Shown piece after piece: positions 1 through 10,783 of a DNA stretch of 55,071 nt (positions within the stretch are counted from its first letter, which is position 1; each line of letters opens with the position of its first letter). Made by a program: the position numbers and the translations under genes. The stretch lies in NCBI GenBank assembly GCA_000388065.2, contig KB932205.1. One strand, given 5' to 3'. The notes under the pieces were generated by a model that was not told where the DNA came from, did not search any database, and saw only the letters and a program-made list of their open reading frames with translations. This stretch comes from Fonticula alba ATCC 38817. Lineage: Eukaryota > Protista > Nucleariida.

Positions 1-136
1 GGGGAGGAAAGAGGAGGAAGAAAGAGCACGAAGAGGAGATGGTATGAAGGGGGGGGGGGCGGGGGAGGAGTGGAACGAGGCTCATGACCAGTCTCTCGGT
101 CCTCCGCCAGCCAGTGATGCTCACATGCTGGCCGGT

Positions 137-198
137 GGCAGGCCGTCATTCTTGACCAGCCCCCGGCGGCAGGCCGTCATTCTTGACCAGCCCCCGGC
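137..198. repeat. Perfect 31-bp tandem duplication (GGCAGGCCGTCATTCTTGACCAGCCCCCGGC x2)
   Basis: Copies at 137-167 and 168-198 read directly from the sequence; they overlap the stop codon of the 146..1816 gene. Confidence 0.95.
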
Positions 199-1816
199 GC
201 AGGGCCTCCTTCATGATGGCCTTGCGCTCGGTGACAAGGTGCGTCGGGTCGTCCATGTCGTCGGGACGGAATCCCAGCCCCGGAGCGTCGATGTCCGGCG
301 CGGGGCCCGGGGTTTCGGGCATCTGGCCAGCCGGCACATCGTCCAGGGCATACAGCTGGCGCTGGGTCCCGGCCACCGCCACATTGAACACAATCAGGTA
401 GGGGGTCACCTGGTTCGGGTACTCGTTGTAGTACTGGAGGATGGACTGGGCCGCGTCGCGGCTGAGGAGCATGAAGGCCAGCACATGCCGGGCATCGATG
501 TCCCGGGTGCCGGTCATCTGGAAAAGTGGGTGGTCATCCGGCAGGAAGTCCAACGGCGGGAATTCGTACGGGGTCTCGGGATCGGACGCCGGGACGCCAT
601 CAATGCCGCGGGCCCGAAGCAACGGGTGTTCCGGGTCCACGGCTCGCAGGACGGTGCCCATCTCTTCCAGGATTTCCAAGCGGATGATCTCATCCCGGAG
701 GTTGGATTCCGGGCTGCGGCCCATCCCCCGGAGCAGGTCATTATACTCGATCTCCAGCTCCAAATACCGGTCCGGGACGGGGAGGTTGCTCCCTTCGGCG
801 AAGAAGCGCTCCAGCTGCTGGAGCTCCTCCGGCGAGAGATCCCCCTCGGACCAGTCGCGACTGGTGTCGGTGAAGAGCGGGAAGAAGTCGCTCACGCGCA
901 GGGTGACCGGCAAAACGATGTGGTACTGGTGGCAGATCTTCACCAGGCGGATGAATTGCGCATGGCAGGCCGCCTCGATGGCGGCCACCACCTTCGGGTT
1001 CAGGTTGCCCTCGAGCAAGTCCTCCCGGCGGATGCCGGCATGGTCGAGGCTGATGCGCAGGGCCGACAGCAGGCGCGAGTAGGCCACCGGCAGGCGCCGG
1101 TACTCCGGGCCCGAGGACTCCATCAGACCCTCCATGTCCCGAGTCAAGCGGTCCCGAATGGACAGACTGTCGGCCTGGGGCAGATCCATCAAGCCGGCCA
1201 GCACCTGGATGTGTCCCTCATGGCCGCCGGCCATTTGTTGCTCCAGCTCGAAGAGTTGCACCCGGAGAGCCGCCCGGACCATCCACTGGAGGTTGCGCAC
1301 GTCCATTTGCAACATGCCTTCCAGTCGCTCCAGCAAGTCCAAGCCATGGGTCAGCAGCTTCATCGGCGTGTCGGACTCCTGGCGCGGTAGCAGGCCGAAC
1401 AGCAGCTCCAAGCGCCCGACATCGGCCGTGGTCCCGGTCAAAAAGGCAAAGCGATCCAGCAGGAGCTGCCAGCCGGCCGTGGTGTCCTCCTCCAGCTTGC
1501 ACTGGGCGCGGAGGATGTCCAAAACGACGCGCGTGTGCTCCGTGGCGCCCTCCTTGGGCAGGATGTACTCGTCGACGGAGGACGGACGGAGAATGGCCCG
1601 GCCGCCCAGGCGGAAGGCCGCCCGCGTGACATACTCCATTTCCCGGTACGAGAGGGTAGTCCACCGCTTGCCAGGCAGCGGGGCCTCCGCCTCGAGGAAG
1701 ATCCCGCTGATCCCGCGAAAGTAGGGGGTCCGGGAGAATTGCGGCGCCAAGCGCACCCACCGCCGGTACATGGACCGCAAGAGCGGCGCGGGCAGCTTGG
1801 TGGACAGGCCGGACAT
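146..1816 (-). CDS. Intronless hypothetical protein, 556 aa, possibly mitochondrion-targeted
   Basis: Lies within ORF 146..2173. The likely start is the ATG at 1816 (MSGLSTKLPAPLLRSMYRRWVR...), because the upstream part of the ORF crosses (CA)n and low-complexity sequence. The body has globular, helix-like composition and GC3-biased codons. The N-terminus is R/S/L-rich and lacks acidic residues. No family recognised. Confidence 0.75.
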   Translation of the reverse strand: MSGLSTKLPAPLLRSMYRRWVRLAPQFSRTPYFRGISGIFLEAEAPLPGKRWTTLSYREMEYVTRAAFRLGGRAILRPSSVDEYILPKEGATEHTRVVLDILRAQCKLEEDTTAGWQLLLDRFAFLTGTTADVGRLELLFGLLPRQESDTPMKLLTHGLDLLERLEGMLQMDVRNLQWMVRAALRVQLFELEQQMAGGHEGHIQVLAGLMDLPQADSLSIRDRLTRDMEGLMESSGPEYRRLPVAYSRLLSALRISLDHAGIRREDLLEGNLNPKVVAAIEAACHAQFIRLVKICHQYHIVLPVTLRVSDFFPLFTDTSRDWSEGDLSPEELQQLERFFAEGSNLPVPDRYLELEIEYNDLLRGMGRSPESNLRDEIIRLEILEEMGTVLRAVDPEHPLLRARGIDGVPASDPETPYEFPPLDFLPDDHPLFQMTGTRDIDARHVLAFMLLSRDAAQSILQYYNEYPNQVTPYLIVFNVAVAGTQRQLYALDDVPAGQMPETPGPAPDIDAPGLGFRPDDMDDPTHLVTERKAIMKEALRRGLVKNDGLPPGAGQE

Positions 1817-1910
1817 GGTGCAGGTGTGTCCTGGAAATCGGGGAGCCGCCTGTCGCAGAGGAACAGGGGGAGGGGCAGACGGCGCGAAAGGAAACCGGAG
1901 GCAAGGGTGG

Positions 1911-1945
<35 letters not shown>

Positions 1946-2597
1946 CGCGCAGGAAAAGCAGACGGAGAAGGAGGCAGGGGCAGACGGGGGAACGAAGAGA
2001 CAGGCAGGGAGGGAGCGAGCAAGCAGGCGAGGGACCGATGGGGGTGGGATAAAAGAGGTCGAGATGGTAGTTCTTCCGGGTCCCCACATTGTGGTGGGCC
2101 AGAAAAAGAGGGCGCCTCCCCCTCCCCGTGTTCCGTGCGCCGACCATGAGGCTGCCCCCGCGATCTTGGGCATGCCGGAACGTGTGCGCTGGTACGCGGT
2201 CGCGGGGGCGGTGTGCCCGTGCGGCGGGGCTGGTCACCTGCCGGGATCTAGACATCCAGAATGTCGAGCTCTTTCGTGCTGACTAGGTGGCGGGGGCCGG
2301 CGGGCCAAAGGGAAAGGCAGGGGGGGGTGGGCCGGTGGGCCTGCCGCTTCGATCGTCGGCTAAGCGTGCGGCTCAAACCCACTGCCTCGCGTCCCTGCGC
2401 CCCAGCCTGGCCGGTGGCCCGCTACCGACAGGCATGGGCAGTGTGGTGCTGTTCCATTCGATTCGGGCCGTGCCTCTGGGCAGCGGGAGAAAAAAAAAAG
2501 CAGGCATTCGCGTGGGGGCTTTTGCACACATGGGGGAGAAAAAAAGGGCGTGTATTAACAGGTTGGTTGGTCCGGAGCCCAGCCATCTTGGCGGACA

Positions 2598-2978
2598 TTA
2601 CTTGGCCGCAGGGGTGGGGAAGGCGTCGGCCGCCGACTGGTGCGCCTTCTTGGTGATATCCGAAAGGCCGATCCGGTGAAGGGCAACCTGCAAGGCGAGG
2701 AGGGAGGGGGAGGGGGGGGGAAGGGGGGATCAGTCGCCACAGTGGGTCGAGTCAGGGGGAGGCTCAGGGGGGGGGAGGCGGAAGGCGAGGCAACCGGCGC
2801 GTACCTCGATACACTGCTGGTACGCCATGTAAAGCTCCTCGCAGGGGTGCGCCGGGGTGGGGGCCAGCGCCGGCTGGACGGCTGGGGGCTCCTTGGCAAG
2901 CTCGATGTTGAACCACTCATTGAAGCAGAACTCATAGGCCCGGCGGGCCTTGGTGCACTCAGGACCGAGGGACTCCAT
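2598..2978 (-). CDS. MDM35: Mitochondrial intermembrane-space twin-CX9C protein Mdm35/TRIAP1
   Basis: Exon 1, 2978-2805: MESLGPECTKARRAYEFCFNEWF...HPCEELYMAYQQCIE, with two exact CX9C motifs. Intron 2804-2688 (GTACGC...TTGCAG). Exon 2, 2687-2598: VALHRIGLSDITKKAHQSAADAFPTPAAK*. Matches the Mdm35/TRIAP1 pattern (ECT.LK..YD.CFN.W). Confidence 0.9.
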
Positions 2979-4380
2979 GGTTTACAAGTGGAAGCGGGGC
3001 GCAAGGGAGGAGGAATGCGAGAAAAGGGAGAAAAAAGGAGGCTTGGCAGGCCAGGAGAAGGGAGGGGGGGGGGGATCAGGGTGGGAAGGGGGGCACTTGG
3101 CGCGGGCCGCGGTGGCGGGATCGCAGCTCGGGCTCGAGGCCCAAAAAGGGCACACCAATTCGATCGCCTACGTGTCACCAGCGCGCGGGGTGGCCGGGTC
3201 CAAGAGCGGCCGGCAGAGACCGGGCCATCTTCCCAGACGCACGTACGCCTCCGCCACCCTGCCCTCTGGCCGGCGCCAAGGGGCGGGCGGCGCTTGTGTG
3301 GGCTGGCGGGAACAGTTGGCGGGCCGGTGTCATTGCCCCAGGGTGGCACGGGTCTTGCACGTGAGGTAGGCACCACCGCACGGGACCCCACACCCACCCG
3401 GCGGGCCGGCTAGGGGTAGCCCCGGAAGGCTGGGGGAGCCGCACCGGGGGGGGGGGCGGCAGAGAGTCGTCGGCCGGGAGGCCGGTTCGGTTGCTTGTCC
3501 TTCCGTGCACGCGAGAGAGCATATGCCGCGCGCGCGCGCGCGCTCGGCTGGTGGCCACCCCAGGCGGGCCCGGGGCGAGGGCCCGGTCAAGTTGTTTTCG
3601 CCCCCATGGAGGCCGGTGGTGCACCGGGCGCAGGCGTGCCGCACGTCGCAGGTATCGTCATCCCCGGGTCTTGCTCTGTCCCATTGTTTCCGGCCAGGCC
3701 GCCAGTCCGGGCAGGGAGAAGCCAACGAACAACTTCCGCCTCGCGCGGGGGCTGCCGATCGGTGGCCCTTTCGCCAGGGGATGCACCGTCACCATCATCC
3801 CCCCCCCCCCCCCCCGCCCCTTCGCCGGTCGTCCCCTTCGCTCTCCGGCCCCATGGGACGCGGCTGCCCAGCAGCCGTGCGTCGCCGTGTCTATCACTGA
3901 CAGAGGGGTGGGGCCGGGGTGCCGTGGCGGGGCGCACGGTGGGGCGCAGAAACAAGCCCCCCGAGCAGCAGCAGCAGCAGCAGCCCGGCCCCGGGGGCTT
4001 CCCGCGGCCCGGGCCTCCCGGGCGATGGGGCTCCCCCCCAGCCGACCCCGCCCGAGAAGGGCTCCCTGCGCTGCAAAGGGAAAGGCCCCTCGAAATCGTG
4101 CCACGACCTGGCGGCGGGGCGGCGGCCGGAACCTGGCGCGTTTGGGGGGCGGGGGTAGGATGAGCGGGGGGTGGGGGTAGTGACGGTGGCCGATCTGCTC
4201 ACTTTTTCTGCGATCAGCCCCTGAGCTGGCGCCTGTGGAGGCGCGACCCACCGCCATCCACCCCCCGATGCTCCCTTCGCTCGCCCCTCTCCCCGCCACC
4301 TTCCTCTCCCTCGTTCCCTCTTCCCCTCCCCCCCCTGCCTGCCTGCCACTTCCCGCCACTCTGTCCAGTCACCCGCCACC

Positions 4381-4950
4381 ATGTCGATGACCAGTGTGGC
4401 CCTCTATGACCTGGAACAGGTCAACAAGGGCGCTGGCGAGCTCCCCTTCCGCCAGGGGGACGTCTTCACTGACGGTGCGCGCCTCTTCCGGCCTCTGCTC
4501 ATCCTCTCGCGCCCCTCTCCCCTTTCATGCTGTCCCTCCCCCTCCCCTGTGAAGGCACTGATGTTTGTGCTCTTGCCTTCCCGGTGTCGGTCCTCTTGTC
4601 CCGCTTCCCTGGCGCGCCATGTGCACAGTTGAGGTCAGCAGCGATGGCTGGCTGCTTGTGACGCATGCCGCTTCCGGCGAACGTGGCTACGTCCCGGCCA
4701 GCTACCTGGAAAAGCCGAAGCCGGCTGCGGTTGCCGCAGCCCCGGCTACACCGCCCCGGCCGCCCATCCGGCCGAAGCCCGCCGGCCTCACCCCTTCGGT
4801 TGGCCGGGCTGCCTCGGTCCACCGGCCGATGTCCATGTGTGCGTTCCCGCCTCCCCCTCCCCCGCTCGGCTGATAGATTCATGCCTTTGGGCTGATGGGA
4901 CATTCGTCCCTTCGTTTAGTCGCGCCCCTCCGGTGAGCACTCCCCCTTCC

Positions 4951-4991
<41 letters not shown>

Positions 4992-6034
4992 GCGCGCGCG
5001 CAGATGCCCCGTCCACCTCCTCTTCACATTCTTTCTCCTCGGCCCCGAGCACGGCCCCGGTCAGCACTTCGACCTCGACCACATCCTTTGCCAGCCCGCC
5101 GCTGCCAAGCCGGCCGGTGTCGCAGTTCGGCGCGCCGCCACCGACGGCCGGTGGTTTCGCTGCCCCGCCGCCGACGGCCAGTGGCTTTGGCACGCCGCCG
5201 GCCCTGCCGGCTCGCAGCCAGACCGCCGCCCCGACCCTGCCACAGCGTCCGCAATCGGTGTACGTCGGTGGCAGCGGCCCGGCCAGGGACTTTGGTGGGG
5301 CCGCGGCCCCGGCTCTACCGGCTCGCGGTGGACAGGGGGCTCCGGTGGCCGGCTTCGGCGGGCCCCCGGGCCTGCCCCCGCGCACCGCGGCCGGCGGTGG
5401 CGGTGCTCCGCCTGCCCTGCCGGCCCGCAGCCAGCCCGGCTCCCCCGGAGCTGGCAGCCCGCCCAGCTTGCCGGCTCGGGCCCCGGTGGTGGTTCCCCCG
5501 TATGAGGTGGTTTCCGGCTGGGACATCCCGGACTGGGAGCAACGCACCGCGGCCGGGGACTTCGCCCGCCGCGCGGCTCGACAGGGCGTCAAGAACAGCC
5601 TTGGCACGGTGGTCCTGCCGGGCGCGGCGGCGGCTGCCGCCATGTCCGAAACCGTCGAAGGCCACGCCTCGCGCTCGGTACTTGGCGACATTTGGTGCGT
5701 CGGCTCTCTCTCTCTCTCTCCCTCTCTTTGCTCCTCTCGTGCTCTTTCCCGCCATCGCGCCCATCCCCACCCCGCCCCCATTCATGCACCTGTGCCTGGC
5801 CAGTCTTGCCGTCTCCCTCCCGATGGCCTGGCCGTCTTCAATGGCAGCTGCTCGCCCACTGACTTCTTTGTCCGCCTGCTTCTCCCCAGGGACTTGGCGG
5901 ATATTGACCGAGATGGCGCGTTGGATGTGTACGAGTTCATCGTGGCCATCTTCCTGTCGCGCAAGGCACGCGCCGGCCAACCTCCCCCCAAGACACTCAG
6001 TTACAACATGACTCCGCCGAGCAAGCGCCGGTGA
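4381..6034 (+). CDS. SH3 + proline-rich + EH-domain protein (putative endocytic adaptor)
   Basis: Exons 4381-4474, 4629-4838, 5004-5694 and 5890-6034 join in frame at GT-AG sites. SH3 motifs: ALYD, ELPFRQGD, DGW, GYVPASY. The middle has repeated PxLPxR motifs. The EH domain reads VLGDIW|DLADIDRDGALDVYEFIVAIFL...PPSKRR*. Confidence 0.88.
4951..5001. repeat. Compound (CT)n(CA)n(CG)n microsatellite abutting the intron acceptor
   Basis: Read directly; it runs into the CAG acceptor at 5001-5003. Confidence 0.9.
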
Positions 6035-6156
6035 GCAACACAGGCCCTGATTCCTTGGACCACCATCGCGCACCCGAGTTCCGCGCGGGGTGGCGTCCCT
6101 CGATCTCGCTTTCCCTCGCCTCCCGGTGTCCACCCTGATCTCCGTCCATTCCTCAC

Positions 6157-6188
<32 letters not shown>

Positions 6189-6309
6189 CCCCCCCCCCCC
6201 AGCCACATGGCTGTCAATAGATCTCCCTGCCAGGAGCAGCTGCCTCTATTGCTTCGCGGTTTGCCGGCTCCCATGCACAGGGGAAGGGAGGGATGATGGG
6301 ATAGCCACA

Positions 6310-7041
6310 TCAGAAGCTCATGGGACTCTCGCCAGGGCCATAGCGCAGACGTCCCCGGTGCTGGACCATGACGATGTTGTACTTGGACCGGACGGCCGCC
6401 AGGGCCTCCAGTAGCGATGGGTCCTGCGGGTCATGCAGGGGAACACGGGCCGGCTGCTCGTCGAGCGCGTTCAGCGCGGCCAGAAGACTTGGCCGGTCGA
6501 TAGCAGAGGGGGCAACAAAGGTGGTGACGGCGGCGATGGTGGTGGCGATGGAGGGGGGAGGGGTGAGACCCAGGCAGGGTGATAAGGGCAGCCGGCTAGC
6601 ACCACCAACAAGAGCAGCTGGTCGTGGGGCAGCGTACCGGGGGGTGATGGCCTCGCCGTAATGCCGCCGGCAAGCGAGGGAGATGCCGCGGTAGAAGCCC
6701 AACTCGCGACCCAATTGGAAGCCCTTGGCCAGGCCGAGGTCCACGCCTTCAAAGAGCCCAGCCTTCAGGCCATCATTGAAGCCATCCTCGAAGCCGACCT
6801 CCTGGAGGCTGCGCGGTGTCAGTGGTCCTCAATGCAGGGGGGGGGGGGGAGGGAGAAGTGGGCCAGAGCCGGAGCAAAAGCAGGCGGGAAAGGCCGCCAG
6901 GCTGCAAGCCCACGCGGTAGCCGGATGGGGCAGGTCCAGCACGCACCTTTCCTCGACATTGAGGGCCGAGCCGAAAATGTCGTCCAGGTCGCCGGGCGGG
7001 TGACGCGGCCCGGAGTGTGCTGGCCGATCATTGGAGTCCAT
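6310..7041 (-). CDS. LTO1: LTO1/ORAOV1 (Yae1_N-type Gly-repeat protein)
   Basis: Exon 1, 7041-6947: MDSND...DLDDIFGSALNVEE. Intron 6946-6809 (GTGCGT...CTGAC...GCAG). Exon 2 carries the deca-GX3-like repeat GFEDGFNDGLKAGLFEGVDLGLAKGFQLGRELGFYRG. A probable second intron spans 6637-6488. The protein ends ...DPQDPSLLEALAAVRSKY...SF*, like ORAOV1. Confidence 0.85.
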
Positions 7042-8098
7042 GATATCAAGGAAAAGGCGAAAGCTGGAGCAAAGAGGAAGGGAGGAAGGTCAAAGGGAGG
7101 GTGTATGTCTGTCTGTGTGTGTGTGTGTGTGTGTAAACTGGGAGGCAGGGGCGAGGTGCTTGGGTTTGGACATTGAGTAAGGCCAGCCAGCTGGCCAGCT
7201 GTCACGGTGGGGCGCCCGAAGAGGCCAGGGGCCTCCCCCCCCCCCCCACCTCCGACAAGATCTCGCGTGCGTCCGGCACCGCCAAGCAATGCCCCCCGCC
7301 TCCCAGAGGGGGGGGGTCCGTCCCGGGCGCTTGCCTGTGCACCACCATGTGCCGGCCGGGGCTCCTGGGCGGCCGCCAGGGGGGTGGCCGGGGCGCCGGG
7401 CGCACGCCGGTACGCACCACATAAGCACGTAGGGGGCCGATCGCGGGACCAAATGCCGACGCAAGGGGTCCGCAGCCCCCTACGCGTGATACATCCCTCG
7501 GGCCGAGCGCCGGCAACTCGCCCGACATTTCGTTGGCCGTTGACAGAGCGCGCGCGTTTTCGCCGTCTCTCCCGCTCTGGATGCGCTCTTTTCCCGCCTC
7601 TTTGCGTGTGTGTGTGTGTGCGTGCGTGTGCGCGCATGCCGGGTCTGGGGTTGCTGCGGCAGTGGCCTGCTTTCTGACTTGGGTGGGTGTCTGGGTGTGA
7701 GGACCGGGCTGCTTTGGTGTGCGTGTGCGTGTGCGTTCGCATGTTGTATGGCTCGCGGGGGGGATCGGCTGCTGTGTTGCGCCAGAAATCGCGCCGTGTA
7801 TGTGTGTGTGTGTGTGCGCACTCGGGAGGAGTGTGTTCTGCTTTCGCAGACCCGCCCCTGCGACTCCAGCCTCTGAAACGGCCGCCCAGGCCGGCGTGTA
7901 GGCGGGTGTGTGTATGTGTGTGCGGGGGGGGGGGGGGGGGGGGGCCCGGGGGGCGGGGGGGGGGGAGAGGGGGGCGAGGAAAGGGAGCAGCTGTCAGTGT
8001 GGGGTGGGGGAGAAAGGAAGACACGCGTGTCTGACGTGACGCCGGAGGGCAATAGGCGGGCACAGCGGCATAACCGAGAGAAGGGGGCATTCACGCAC

Positions 8099-8161
8099 TC
8101 GGCCAGATTGATGACGAAAAGGACCGCCTTGACGCGATCGAAGCAGTGGATCCAAGGCAGG
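8099..8161 (-). pseudogene. Isolated exon-like fragment encoding the G-protein alpha motif WIHCFDRVKAVLFVINLAE
   Basis: Translation matches the G-alpha switch II/beta4 consensus KWIHCFx.VTAIIFVxxLSEY. The 63-nt segment is bounded by CAG| (8164-8162) and |GTGCGT (8098-8093). No other G-alpha motif was found in the window. Confidence 0.55.
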
Positions 8162-9000
8162 CTGACCCGGCAATGCGCGTAGGCCGACAAGGCTCCATGG
8201 GCCAATGACACACAGGGCGGCGACACCAATACACAGAGAGGGCGAGAGGGCGTCCAGATGCACCCAAGGATTTGGCCCTCAAAGGGGGAACATGCCGGCC
8301 CTGGGCCAGGATGGACCAGGTTGGGGGCGTGGGCGCCAAAAGGCGGCTGGGCGGGGGGGGGGGGGGGCGGGGGGGGGGGGGGGGGGGGGGGGGGCCGCGC
8401 ACCCGGGGCACATGTGCGCGGATGCATTTTCCAGGTGCATGCGCGGCCGCCCGCCCGAGTGTCAAGGCCTCCCTGGCACCTGGCGGGCAAGGCCTGAGGG
8501 AGGAGGGGGAAGTGGGCGCCGGGGGCGGCGGCACCTGGGGATGGCGTTTTTTCGGCGCAACCGACGCTAGGCGGCCGGATGCTGGCGCCCGACGCCGGCG
8601 CATGCTGACCGTTGGTTCAGACCGGCCGACCCGGGTTAGTGTCCCCAACCCCCTTGTGCTGGTCTCCCTGCTCCGGGAGTACCCTACTTGGCGAGCCGCG
8701 CCGTTGGCCTGGCCTTGCCCCAGGCCGCCGACACTGTGTCTCCGGGTTGTCCCCACCCCCTCTCCCCCCTTGCCCTCTCCTTCCCCCTTCCTTCTACTCC
8801 TTCTTCCCCTCCGCCAAATCCCCGACTCCCCCCCCCTCCCTTCCCCCCTCCCCCTTGCTCGCTGTCTTTTCTGCTGTCCGCCGCCCGGCTCGAGCCTCCC
8901 CTCGCCGCCGCCGGCCGCCACGCCTTTCTACCGCCCTCTCTCTTCCTCTCTCTTTGCCGTTGCTCGGTCGTTCGACAGCTGGTCGAGTACACGCGCCGAC

Positions 9001-9879
9001 ATGTCTGAGCAGGTTCCAACCCCGGTCTCGGGCTCGGGCTCAGGCTCGGCTCCGGACTCGGCCTCCGCGCCGGCCCCGGTCCCGGCCCCGGCCGACTCTT
9101 CCCCCGGGACTACCACCTCCACTGCCTCTACCATTCCCACCACCTCTACGACCATGACGACCCCTGCGGCTTCCGCCACCACCGCCACCACCACCGCCGC
9201 CGCCCCCGCCGCCGCCGCCGCCACGGATGCCCAGCCACCTCCGGTCGACGGTTCGACTGCCCCGGACTCGGCCCCGGCCCCGGCCCCGACTCCCGATCAG
9301 CCAATGGCCGAAGCCACGCAGCCCGAGCCTGAGACATCGCCCGCGGCACCCGACTCGAAACCCATTTCCCCGACGGCCGCCGACCCTGAGGCCCCTGCTG
9401 TTGCTGCTGCTGCTGCTGCTACTGCCGCTGATGCTGCCGGAGCCCTGGTCACCACTGCTGCCCCGGTCGGCTCGGCCATGTCAGCCGGCACTTCTGCGGC
9501 GGGTGCCCAGACTGCTGGCGCCCCGGCGAAGCACCCCCCCGCCGTCGCTGCTGACGCCATGTCCGGCGGTGCTTCCCTGGTCGTTGCCACCCCGGTTGCC
9601 ACCTCTCCCATCCGGGCGAAGTCCAGTCTGACGGAGGCCCAGCTGCAGGCTACGCCGCAGCGCCTCTTCAACGCCGCCCATGTGTCGGATTACCGCGAGT
9701 TGCCGCCCCTGCCGGAGGACCTGGCCTGTGACTTGGCCGACCTCACCCTGGAGGAGCTCATCGAGCGTATCCAGACCCTGGCCCTCTGGAATGAGGACAT
9801 CGGTGCGTCCGTCTGCCCCCCCCCCCCCCCCCCACCCCCGCCCCCCCCCCCCCCCCCACCCGCCCACCACCCCCCCGTC

Positions 9880-9925
<46 letters not shown>

Positions 9926-10748
9926 CCCGGGCCACATCATGCGGCATGGCCTCCTCCTTCCCCCTGGCCGGCCCCCTCTTGTGCCTCCGCCAGCTGGAAG
10001 CTCGCGTCGTCTTCTCACCCGCCCCCCCCCCGCCCCCCGCCACAGAGTTCCCCGAGCATTTGGTCTTCTTCCTGCAGCTGCGCGACTTGCTGGACAACCC
10101 GTTCTCGCTGCCGGCACCGGCCGAGGCCGATGCGACTGCGCCCCCCGGGTCCGGGCGTCTGCCTGGGCCCGGGTCTTCCTTCCTGCGGCTACTGGCGGCC
10201 CTGGTGCCGGCCCTGGTGAGCTTTGTCGGCACCTGCCCCGTTCCCTCGCATCTCCCAGTGCCGCCGGTTGCCGGGGGCGCGGATGCCAGCCCCCCGGTGC
10301 CGGTGTCCCGGCCGGGCTTCGACGTCGATTCGGCGGAGGTGCGCGCGCGCCTGGCCGCCCTGGATCTGTTGGCCCGAGTGACCGGGTCAGCCAGTCCGGC
10401 CTTCTCGCCGGCCATGGCCAGCTCGATCATCGCCGCCGGTGGGGCCGTGGCCAGTGACACCCTCCCGCCATTGGCCGAGCACGGCCCGGTCGCCTCGTCT
10501 GGTCCCTTCGGCTCGCGCGAGCTGCCCGTCGACATTATCCTGGCCATCAGCGAGCTCCTGTGCGAACACACCCAGGCCATTGTGACCATGGTGCGTGGCA
10601 CATCGCGTGCGGGCGTATGCCGGGATCGGCGTGAGCCCTAACTGCCTTCCCCTGCTCTCTGTCTCTCTTCCTTTCCCTGCCTCCTTTTCATGTCATGCGC
10701 TCTTGCGTGTGCATGTACCGATGCGCTGACTCTTCACCTCCCGTCTTT

Positions 10749-10783
<35 letters not shown>

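Noticed and set aside
44-1390. 448-aa plus-strand ORF
   Set aside because: It is the antisense shadow of the 146..1816 gene.
2979-4380. Cluster of short overlapping ORFs in the MDM35/SH3-EH divergent spacer
   Set aside because: Low-complexity G/C runs and a (CAG)n tract, with no motif or consistent codon bias; treated as a promoter region.
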